DNA of 64,000 nucleotides, taken from the IMG/VR virus record IMGVR_UViG_3300045988_126112, positions 64,001 through 128,000 of that record; one strand, given 5' to 3'. Position numbers and translations under genes: made by a program. The notes beneath the pieces are model-generated. The model was not told where the DNA came from, ran no database searches, and saw only the letters and a list, made by a program, of their open reading frames with translations. Positions 56,545 to 64,000 of the stretch are shown piece after piece; the stretch's first letter is position 1; every line of letters begins with the position of its first letter. Source of the DNA: a virus.

Positions 56545-59500
56545 TTATTCAGTAGCTAATATTTCAAGTATATCTAAAATAGCTTGAGTATTACTTGTAT
56601 CACTATCAGTACTATTCATTCCTTTTTGTAATAATGAGAATATTTTTTGTGTCTTAGTTTTGTCAGTATCTGAAGATGTTTTAGTTGTTGGTTTTGTAGT
56701 TTTTGTCTTAGTTGCTGGTTTACCTGTTATTGATTTTTGTATTTCTGTTAATAAATCAACTACTTCTTTAATATTTTCAGTATTATTAGCGACTTTATTT
56801 AATACTGATACTATTATAGTAATAAGTTGTTTTAATACTTTTTCGTCAATTCCTTTATTTAAATTACTTATATTAGCATCAACTTTTTGGTCACTATCAG
56901 GGAATGATAAAGTAACTTTATCTAATGAATTCTTAGTACCACCATGAGCTGTTTTATCATAATATTTACTTGGATTTAAACTCTTACCATTATCTGTCAC
57001 TTCATAATGTAAATGTGAACCAGTACTTCTACCAGTTGAACCTACATTACCAATTATATCATTTTGTCTAACTTTTGTTCCTAATCCATAAGAAGATTGA
57101 TCTTTCATATGTGCAAATCTATGATCGATACCTTTCTTATCTCTTACAACAAGAGTATTACCAAATCCATATTTTTTATCTTTAAGATTTTCTACAACTT
57201 TTCCTGATACTGGTGATTTTATTGGTGTATTTTCTTTTGCAGCATAGTCAACACCAGTATGGAATTCATTATCTCTTATACCAAAATCAGATGATTTGAC
57301 TCCATCTAATGTATCTTGGAAATATCTATCAATATCTTTAGTAAGATCTGTATCTTCTCCTTTACCTTCAGATGTAATCTTGCTCTTAATGTCTGCTAAC
57401 CATTTTGTATAGAATTCTTTTGATATAGGATGTATATGGTCACTTCCTCTATAAGATGGTTTATCTATACTTCTTGAGTCAACTATGTTAACTGAGTTCT
57501 TAGATGCTATTCCTGGTAATGCTTTTTGTACTACTGGAACCCATTTTTTAGTTTTACCACCAGAAGGAGTAAATGTTTGTGTTAACACTATTTTACTCTT
57601 TGGAGATTCTTTCTTGATTTTGTTTATAAGTTTAGTATATTGCTTACTATACCAATCAGCATTGAAACTTCCACCGCCACTAATCCAGTCCGCATCATTT
57701 GTTCCATAATGTGTTATGATTACTGGAGGTTTTTTAGCAGCTGCTTTGGCAACATTTCCATCGCTAATACCTTTAGCAACTGTATCACCTATTGTAGCTA
57801 CTACTCTACTAGATGGTAATACTTTCATATCTTTAAAACCTTTAGCTATTGAGTCACCTAATATAACTGATTTATCAAAATCACTAGATGAAACTTTTGT
57901 TTTTACTGAACTGTAATCTGTACCACTACTTAAATCACTACCATCACTTGAACTTGAACTATCTGTTGTAGCATCACTTGCAGCTGGTGTATCAATATCA
58001 AATCCAAATAATTTCTTACTAAAGTTTATAGCAGCTGTAGCCATATCACTAAAGAATTCACCTGCTGTACTTCCAGTAGAAGTATCATCTCCACTTGAAG
58101 CTCCACCATGTGAAGCTGAGTAATTTCCAACACTAGCTTCAGGTAATGTATAGCTTCCTGTAGCTTTTTCAAATTTAGTTAACTTATTAGGATTTTTTAT
58201 AGTTGGTGATACTTTCTTATCTCCATCTATAAATCTCTTACCAGTTAACCAATGGTTTTGAGACCAACTACTTCCAAGATTAGCAACTCTTATACCACTA
58301 AATCCACTTGAATCACTTGTAGTAGATTCTATATATTTATTATCTCCTAAATATAATGATGAATGTGAAACATTATCTTTATATTTAGTAGTACCATTTC
58401 TACTAGATCTAGTATTTTTAAATAATATAATATCACCAGGTTTAAGATCACCTTTCTTAACTTTAGTACCTCTACTACTTAAATATTGTTCTTCTGTATA
58501 GCCACCTATTTCAGTACCTGCAGCTCTGTCAAATACATGGTGAGTAAAGCTTGAACAGTCAGAAGCATTTCTATTTTTATTTATATAATCTCTATTTGGT
58601 TGAGAATAATAGAATCCTTTGTTTAAGAAAGATAAAGCATATTCTATAATCTTAGAACTTAATTTAACTTTATCATCACCTTTACCATATCTTTCATCGT
58701 CACCTTTACCAGTACTAACAAAGTTTTCAAAGTTAACTAACTTACCATCTTTAAGATATTTCTTATAGATAGTTTGTGCAGTTTTAGCTCTAGTTCCTCC
58801 ACCAACTCCTCTTTCGAAGAATTTATTAAACTTAGAACCAGCTTGATATGCATCAGTTTCATTTAAGAATCCATTAAGTCCTTTCTTTGGATATTCTTGG
58901 TTAAGCCATACCTTATGAGTACTATCTTGTAATTGATCCCATAAGAATGCCATTTGAGCATCTGTATCTGACCATTCCAAATTCATAGATTTTGCTATTT
59001 TTTTCAATTTATCAAAGTTATTATATTTGCGTATCCATTGGAATAATCCAAAATAAGTACCAGTTTTATCTTTACCATCAGCTTTTGGATTAAAACTACT
59101 TTCACACCAAGCATTACCTAAAACACCTGCAGATGCAGCATCTGATGCACCTTTAGCTTTAGTAAATTTTAGTATTTTTTCTGCAACATTTTTAGCTGAT
59201 ATATTAGATTCATCACTAGATGAACTACCATATTCTGAAGAACTTGAATCATCTGTTGTAGCATCACTTGCAGCTGGTTCATCAATATTAAATCCAAATA
59301 ATTTCTTAGTAAAGTTTATAGCAGCTGTAGCCATATCTCCAAAGAAATCACCTGCTGTAGTTGTAGCAGTAGTATCTTCTGTAGCAGTTCCATCACTTGT
59401 ACCATCTGAAGTTCCATCAGAACCATCATTTACTTCAGTAATTTCTCCTCCTACTTTATCCATATATTCTTTAAATGATAATGAACTTCCTTTAAGTTTA

Positions 59501-62500
59501 TAATGTTTACCTTTAGTTTCAGTATAATAATTTAAAGGATCGACTCCATTACGACTCTTACTTGTACCACCTTTTAGAACTTCTAAATGAACATGAGGAC
59601 CACTAACATGACCAGTAGCACCAGAAATACCTAAAAGTTGACCTTGTTTAACTGAATCACCTTTCTTAACTTTTTTACTCTTCATATGAGCAACTCTATA
59701 GAATGTATTACCACTATTAGTTTTTATAGTCAATGAATTACCATAAGAACTATGTTCATTTTCACTATATACAGTTCCTGATTTAGGAGCATATAATGGT
59801 TGGAAATGAACGTTATAGTCTAATGCACCATGGTCACCTCTAGCTGTAGCATATTGAGATCTTTTTTCACTAAAGTAAGAAGTTATACTTCCTTTACTTG
59901 GATCACAGAAATAACCCCAATCTACACCTTCACCCATACCATAATAAGGATTAGTTAAATCTACTATATCTGGACCTTTACCTGCACTTCCATCTTTACC
60001 CATAAATGTAATATTACCTTTACAGTTTTGGAAGTTTTTATAATCTGATGCACTAACTAGAATATCTATTCTATATACACCATTTACAATTTTTATAGCT
60101 CCACCTCTATCTGTAACTGTATATATTTTACCATCTAATGATGTACCAGTATTTGATATCTTTATTTTAGTACCAACAGGAACATCTGCAGGAGCAGCAC
60201 AAGTTTGTTCAGCAGGGTTTAGAGGATTACCTTTACAATCATAGAATCCACCTTCCATAGAATCGTTATGAGGATAGTATGCTGTAAAAGATGCTTTAAC
60301 AGATTTACCAACTTTATAGTTAGTACCTGTATATCTAGTACATTCACTTCCAGGTGAACCAGAAGAACTACTAGATGTAGTATCTGTACTTGCTTCACTA
60401 ATATCAAATCCAAATAATTTCTTACCAAAGTTTATAGCAGCTGTAGCCATATCTCCGAAGAAATCATCACCATTGCTACCAGTAGCTTCAGCACCAGTAT
60501 CTTCACTAACACCTTCACTTGAAGATCCACTACTTTCTTGACCGTCTGTACTTCCTACTTTCTTAACTTTACTTTCATCTACTTTATAAGTTTTATCACC
60601 TATTTTGAAAGCAAATCTAAATCCAGTACTAAGTTGTGATTCAGATCTAGCACCTGAGAATCTAGAACCTCTAGGGTCATTTATTACATAACCATCTTTA
60701 GTTTTACCAAACAATGCTAAATAATGTCCATTAGGTCCATATGGAGTTAATAAACAGTTTTTAGACCAGTTTGAACTCTTAGAGCATCTACCATCTATAA
60801 TTAAAGGATAACCTTTAGCAGCTAATTCTTTAGTTTTTGATAATGAACTAATATAAGTTACACTTGTATTATATTTTTTACCATAGTAATTAAATAATCT
60901 TGAAGAATCTGTTACACCAGCAGTAGGACTCCATCCATGACTCTTTCCTTGTGCACACATATCTTTAGGATTTAAAGTTTTACCAGTTACTTGCCCAAAT
61001 GCCATTGCAGCTGAAGTTGGACCACAACCAGCTTTTAATATATTTCCTCCAAATGCTACTTGAGACCAATAAGGGAATCCATTTACATATGTTAATGTAG
61101 TAGGGTCTGAACCTTTACCAGCAAAATTTGGATCTTCTAAAGCTAAAGCTTTACTATCTTTGCTAGATAACATAACTTGTTCAGCATCTTTAATATCTTC
61201 TTTATAACCTGTATCACCAAACACCCATGCATGTTTAAATCCTTTCTTTAATTGACTTTCATCATAAGATTTAGAACCATTAATACTTGATGGGTCATTT
61301 ACTATATAACCATTTTTATTACGACCAAACATTGCAACTATATGTCCATCTGAATCAGTTCCATATAAATTACCACCTTCACCAGATATAACCATTGGAA
61401 CTCCACGACTAGCATATTGTTTTATTTGTTCGAAATTATCAATTGATTTAACTTTTATTCCATATTTGTTTCCTAAATATGGGAACATTGAATCTGTTGA
61501 ACCATTATCATCATAAACTCCTGCATTGTAAGTTTCATCTGCTACTTCATTAGGAGTTATCATTTTACCAGTAACTTTACTTAAAACCATTGCAGCTGAA
61601 GTTGGACCACAGCCAGTTTCACTAAGTTCTGGTTTCTTTTTATCTGTATTATAATCTTTATATTGGCTAAAATAAGGGAAGTTATTTACTCCTAAATAAG
61701 AATCGTCAGTTTGAGAAACCTCAGCTGGATCTTTACCTTTACCAACGTATTCTCCTTTACCAAATAATCCACCAAACCAGTTAAGACCACTAGCTACAGC
61801 ATTTTTAACAGTATTGTAAACATTACCAACAGCGTTACCAGCTTTCTTAACTACAGATTTAACACCACTTGCTACATTATGAACAACATTACTTACACCA
61901 CCAGTTACTTTACTAAATAATGATTGTGCACCATTTTTTATTTTATTAAGTATTCCACCTGAAGCAGATGTTGAACCAGTTAGATTTTCAGCTATACTAG
62001 TTATAGTATCTGTAGTGGCATTTGTAGACATAGATTTAAGATTAAATTCTTTAACTATTTTATCAGCTTGTTTCTTTAATGTATCAATATCTTGAGGACC
62101 TTCACCAAATACTGGCATTACATAATCTTGTATTAATTTTGCCCAATCTGTATTTGGAAGTAATTTATCTATTACGAATCTTCCATTTATAGTAGCTAAT
62201 ATTGCAGCACATGCTTTCATACCAGTAGTATAAGTATCATAAATACCTATATATTTAGCTGGATTATTAAATGCATTAACAAAATTAGATATTAAGAAAG
62301 ATATATTACTTACATTAGCATTAGATACTATTGCTCTAAGATATCTATTTAGGTTAATAGATTTATTCTTTTCACAATTCATTTTTAATTTCTTGATTAC
62401 TTGTGGAACAAAGTTTCCTAAAAGTACACTTGCTGCACTATATTGACTACTACTAGCATCACCAAGTAAATTAATTATAGTATCATTATTAAATATTTTA

Positions 62501-64000
62501 GTAAATATTTCTTCTAATACTTTACTAGCACTTTCAATCATACCAGTACCACTAACAGATTTTGTAATATGATTTAATGCTAAAGTACTTTTCTTACGGA
62601 ATGAAGAACTTAAAGCAGATGGAGCTACAGATTTTATAGTATTTCTTACATTGCCTATAACTCTTTCACTTGAAGGAACTGAATTAGAGCTATCATCATC
62701 GCCTTTACCGAAAGACCAAGAATCTCTAAATCCATTCATTAATTCTTCTTTACTATAAGCTTTAGAATATTTCTTACCTCTAGGGTCATTTACTAAATAA
62801 TTACCATTTTTATCTTTACCAAATACAGTAACTATATGACCAGCTTTAGTATAAGGACTATCTTCACCTTTTCCTAAAGTACCAGATACTGCTGTTGGTA
62901 TACCAGCACTAACCATTTTATCAAATTTTTCAAAGTTTCCACCTGAAGATACAGTTTTAACACCATATTTTTTAGCTTCAGTAGCAAACATATTACCTCT
63001 AGCACCTTCAGAATCCCAAGTCTTATTCTTATAAGCATCTTTAGCTATTGATTCTGGAGATATGTCTTTACCAGTTACTTTACTTAAAGCCATTGCTGTT
63101 GAAGTTGGACCACAACCAGCATCATTTATCATTTGTCCAAATTGTCCAGAAGCTTGTTTTTGTGAGAAATATGGATTACCATTAACTACGTCACCTTCAC
63201 CTTTACCAACTTTCATACCATTTACAGTTTTTATATCTGATACTTTTGCATTAGTATCTTTGCTAGGTTTTTTAGTGAATACATTTTTTACACCATTTTT
63301 AACAGTATCCCATGCATTACCAGCAGCTGATTTAGCATCATTCCATTTATCACTAACCCAATCTTTAGATTTCATAACCCAACCAAATTTATTTTTAAAC
63401 CAATCTAATAGGCTTTGGAATCCTTCACCTATAGCTTTAATTGGATCTTGTATAAATTTAGAGCACCAGTCTTTAATATCATTAAATTTCTTTCCTATTC
63501 CATCAAGTACAGGCTTGATATTTTTATCATACCAACCACTTAATTGTTTAGTAAGACCATCTAATATACCTTTACCCCAATCACTTATACTATTGTATAA
63601 TGAACCAATCATTTTTGGTGTATCTACTATACCATTAGCAGCAGCACTTAAGCCTTTAGCCATTAAGTTAGCTCCGCCTTTGACTCCACTAAGTAACATG
63701 TTTCCAGTCCAATTCTTAGCAGTATTGAACCCGTTTTCTAACATCTTACCACCAGCACCTATACCATTTATAGCTTGATTTCCTAACCATTTAGCTCCAT
63801 TCCATAATTGACCAGCACCATTACCCATAGCTGTTAAAGCTCCAGCCATTTTATCTCCAGCCCAATTAATTCCATTATCATTAACCCATTTAAGACCTTC
63901 AAGTGCTTTACCACCTACCCATTTATTTACATCTACCCATTTACCAATACCTTTAAGTGTAGCTTGATCAAGCCATTTAAGTCCTTTAATTGCTTTACCA
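56545..64000 (-). CDS. Giant tail tape-measure-like protein with multiple peptidoglycan-hydrolase domains (over 2484 aa; N-terminus beyond the right edge)
   Basis: The track gives 2434 aa from the ATG at 63849. My translation of 63850-64000 shows the frame stays open to the window edge (GKAIKGLKWLDQATLKGIGKWVDVNKWVGGKALEGLKWVNDNGINWAGDK-MAGAL...) with the same Trp-periodic repeats. The domains are listed as separate features. Confidence 0.85.
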   Translation of the reverse strand, partial: GKAIKGLKWLDQATLKGIGKWVDVNKWVGGKALEGLKWVNDNGINWAGDKMAGALTAMGNGAGQLWNGAKWLGNQAINGIGAGGKMLENGFNTAKNWTGNMLLSGVKGGANLMAKGLSAAANGIVDTPKMIGSLYNSISDWGKGILDGLTKQLSGWYDKNIKPVLDGIGKKFNDIKDWCSKFIQDPIKAIGEGFQSLLDWFKNKFGWVMKSKDWVSDKWNDAKSAAGNAWDTVKNGVKNVFTKKPSKDTNAKVSDIKTVNGMKVGKGEGDVVNGNPYFSQKQASGQFGQMINDAGCGPTSTAMALSKVTGKDISPESIAKDAYKNKTWDSEGARGNMFATEAKKYGVKTVSSGGNFEKFDKMVSAGIPTAVSGTLGKGEDSPYTKAGHIVTVFGKDKNGNYLVNDPRGKKYSKAYSKEELMNGFRDSWSFGKGDDDSSNSVPSSERVIGNVRNTIKSVAPSALSSSFRKKSTLALNHITKSVSGTGMIESASKVLEEIFTKIFNNDTIINLLGDASSSQYSAASVLLGNFVPQVIKKLKMNCEKNKSINLNRYLRAIVSNANVSNISFLISNFVNAFNNPAKYIGIYDTYTTGMKACAAILATINGRFVIDKLLPNTDWAKLIQDYVMPVFGEGPQDIDTLKKQADKIVKEFNLKSMSTNATTDTITSIAENLTGSTSASGGILNKIKNGAQSLFSKVTGGVSNVVHNVASGVKSVVKKAGNAVGNVYNTVKNAVASGLNWFGGLFGKGEYVGKGKDPAEVSQTDDSYLGVNNFPYFSQYKDYNTDKKKPELSETGCGPTSAAMVLSKVTGKMITPNEVADETYNAGVYDDNGSTDSMFPYLGNKYGIKVKSIDNFEQIKQYASRGVPMVISGEGGNLYGTDSDGHIVAMFGRNKNGYIVNDPSSINGSKSYDESQLKKGFKHAWVFGDTGYKEDIKDAEQVMLSSKDSKALALEDPNFAGKGSDPTTLTYVNGFPYWSQVAFGGNILKAGCGPTSAAMAFGQVTGKTLNPKDMCAQGKSHGWSPTAGVTDSSRLFNYYGKKYNTSVTYISSLSKTKELAAKGYPLIIDGRCSKSSNWSKNCLLTPYGPNGHYLALFGKTKDGYVINDPRGSRFSGARSESQLSTGFRFAFKIGDKTYKVDESKVKKVGSTDGQESSGSSSEGVSEDTGAEATGSNGDDFFGDMATAAINFGKKLFGFDISEASTDTTSSSSSGSPGSECTRYTGTNYKVGKSVKASFTAYYPHNDSMEGGFYDCKGNPLNPAEQTCAAPADVPVGTKIKISNTGTSLDGKIYTVTDRGGAIKIVNGVYRIDILVSASDYKNFQNCKGNITFMGKDGSAGKGPDIVDLTNPYYGMGEGVDWGYFCDPSKGSITSYFSEKRSQYATARGDHGALDYNVHFQPLYAPKSGTVYSENEHSSYGNSLTIKTNSGNTFYRVAHMKSKKVKKGDSVKQGQLLGISGATGHVSGPHVHLEVLKGGTSKSRNGVDPLNYYTETKGKHYKLKGSSLSFKEYMDKVGGEITEVNDGSDGTSDGTSDGTATEDTTATTTAGDFFGDMATAAINFTKKLFGFNIDEPAASDATTDDSSSSEYGSSSSDESNISAKNVAEKILKFTKAKGASDAASAGVLGNAWCESSFNPKADGKDKTGTYFGLFQWIRKYNNFDKLKKIAKSMNLEWSDTDAQMAFLWDQLQDSTHKVWLNQEYPKKGLNGFLNETDAYQAGSKFNKFFERGVGGGTRAKTAQTIYKKYLKDGKLVNFENFVSTGKGDDERYGKGDDKVKLSSKIIEYALSFLNKGFYYSQPNRDYINKNRNASDCSSFTHHVFDRAAGTEIGGYTEEQYLSSRGTKVKKGDLKPGDIILFKNTRSSRNGTTKYKDNVSHSSLYLGDNKYIESTTSDSSGFSGIRVANLGSSWSQNHWLTGKRFIDGDKKVSPTIKNPNKLTKFEKATGSYTLPEASVGNYSASHGGASSGDDTSTGSTAGEFFSDMATAAINFSKKLFGFDIDTPAASDATTDSSSSSDGSDLSSGTDYSSVKTKVSSSDFDKSVILGDSIAKGFKDMKVLPSSRVVATIGDTVAKGISDGNVAKAAAKKPPVIITHYGTNDADWISGGGSFNADWYSKQYTKLINKIKKESPKSKIVLTQTFTPSGGKTKKWVPVVQKALPGIASKNSVNIVDSRSIDKPSYRGSDHIHPISKEFYTKWLADIKSKITSEGKGEDTDLTKDIDRYFQDTLDGVKSSDFGIRDNEFHTGVDYAAKENTPIKSPVSGKVVENLKDKKYGFGNTLVVRDKKGIDHRFAHMKDQSSYGLGTKVRQNDIIGNVGSTGRSTGSHLHYEVTDNGKSLNPSKYYDKTAHGGTKNSLDKVTLSFPDSDQKVDANISNLNKGIDEKVLKQLITIIVSVLNKVANNTENIKEVVDLLTEIQKSITGKPATKTKTTKPTTKTSSDTDKTKTQKIFSLLQKGMNSTDSDTSNTQAILDILEILATE
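56965..57275 (-). other. Giant protein domain: M23 metallopeptidase copy 2
   Basis: HTGVDY ... GSTGRSTGSHLHYEV. Confidence 0.75.
57375..57880 (-). other. Giant protein domain: SGNH/GDSL hydrolase
   Basis: Block I VILGDSIAKG, block III HYGTNDA, block V GSDHIHP. Confidence 0.65.
57961..58056 (-). repeat. Giant-protein linker module copy 3 (FFSDMATAAINFSKKLFGFDIDTPAASDATTD)
   Basis: About 90 of 96 nt are identical to 59251..59346. Confidence 0.8.
58315..58660 (-). other. Giant protein domain: NlpC/P60 endopeptidase
   Basis: NASDCSSFTHHVF...LKPGDIILF...VSHSSLYLGDNKYIES (Cys...His order). Confidence 0.7.
58790..59205 (-). other. Giant protein domain: phage tail lysozyme-like
   Basis: AGVLGNAWCESSFNPKA...GTYFGLFQW, the motif typical of tail-associated lysozyme domains. 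Confidence 0.5.
59251..59346 (-). repeat. Giant-protein linker module copy 2 (FFGDMATAAINFTKKLFGFNIDEPAASDATTD)
   Basis: About 90 of 96 nt are identical to 57961..58056 by eye. Confidence 0.8.
59570..59850 (-). other. Giant protein domain: M23 metallopeptidase copy 1
   Basis: HGALDY (HxxxD) ... GATGHVSGPHVHLEV (HxH). Confidence 0.75.
60050..60300 (-). other. Giant protein domain: 3D (MltA/YuiC-like) domain
   Basis: SFTAYYPHNDSMEGGFYDCKGNPL...CAAPADVPVGTKIKI...YTVTDRGGAIK..RIDIL. Confidence 0.6.
60394..60462 (-). repeat. Giant-protein linker module copy 1 (FFGDMATAAINFGKKLFGFDISE)
   Basis: Located from the sequence ...gaagaaatc.../...ttcactaatatc. Confidence 0.8.
60595..61098 (-). other. 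Giant protein domain: papain-like Cys peptidase (C39-like) copy 3
   Basis: NGFPYWSQ...KAGCGPTSAAMAFGQVTGK...GHYLALFGKTKDGYVINDP. Cys codon at 61024-61026. Confidence 0.6.
61210..61686 (-). other. Giant protein domain: papain-like Cys peptidase (C39-like) copy 2
   Basis: NNFPYFSQ...ETGCGPTSAAMVLSKVTGK...GHIVAMFGRNKNGYIVNDP. Cys codon at 61609-61611. Confidence 0.6.
62695..63180 (-). other. Giant protein domain: papain-like Cys peptidase (C39-like) copy 1
   Basis: NGNPYFSQ...DAGCGPTSTAMALSKVTGK...GHIVTVFGKDKNGNYLVNDP. Cys codon at 63112-63114. Confidence 0.6.

Noticed and set aside
56660-63778. Several plus-strand ORFs inside the giant gene (56660..56947, 57485..57709, 57716..57916, 63062..63778) and a minus-strand out-of-frame ORF (60219..60428).
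   Set aside because: All are nested in a continuous ORF of more than 2480 aa whose translation contains multiple intact enzyme motifs. None has an SD.
63847-63849. The ATG at 63849 as the true start of the giant protein.
   Set aside because: The frame remains open upstream to the window edge and continues the same Trp-periodic repeat pattern. No SD precedes this ATG. The real start is therefore outside the window.
1-64000. Search for tRNA/rRNA genes, CRISPR arrays, integrase, transposase or attachment-site repeats, and toxin-antitoxin pairs.
   Set aside because: There are no GC-rich cloverleaf-sized islands, no regularly spaced direct repeats, and no ORF with recombinase or transposase motifs. 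The only long repeats are the paralogue and linker repeats described above.

Overview
The window is strongly AT-rich and densely packed with genes. It has Firmicute-style AGGAGG ribosome-binding sites, many hairpin-plus-T-tract terminators and six strand switches. I found no tRNA, rRNA, CRISPR array, integrase or transposase. The content reads as part of a large (jumbo-type) tailed phage genome rather than a bacterial chromosome.

Products I can recognise by motif:
- a T4 gp21-like prohead protease (partial, left edge)
- a probable major capsid protein
- a GroEL-type chaperonin
- a zinc-ribbon/TOPRIM primase
- the N-terminal half of a split multisubunit RNA polymerase beta-prime subunit (DYDGD catalytic loop)
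- a gp25-like baseplate protein
- a Nudix hydrolase
- a PC4/YdbC-like ssDNA-binding protein
- a RusA-like resolvase
- SH3b proteins
- a giant tape-measure-like protein (over 2480 aa, open at the right edge) with about nine cell-wall-hydrolase-type domains

The main non-obvious signals:
1. Two different, highly conserved promoter-like boxes. TATATATTATA-N4-TG sits in front of small non-structural genes. TAACA-N6-TAA sits in front of structural genes. Together with the phage RNAP subunit, this points to an AR9/PBS1/phiKZ-style host-independent transcription programme.
2. An orphan copy of the first box fires into a roughly 300-bp structured, essentially non-coding gap.
3. Five tandem paralogous genes share an MGIYS N-terminus, and two of them share a 233-nt perfectly identical tract.
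4. An extremely acidic repeat protein lies just upstream of the capsid gene.
5. An early 871-aa protein fuses GNAT, P-loop and papain-like modules.

All family calls come from motif recognition by eye. No database search was possible.
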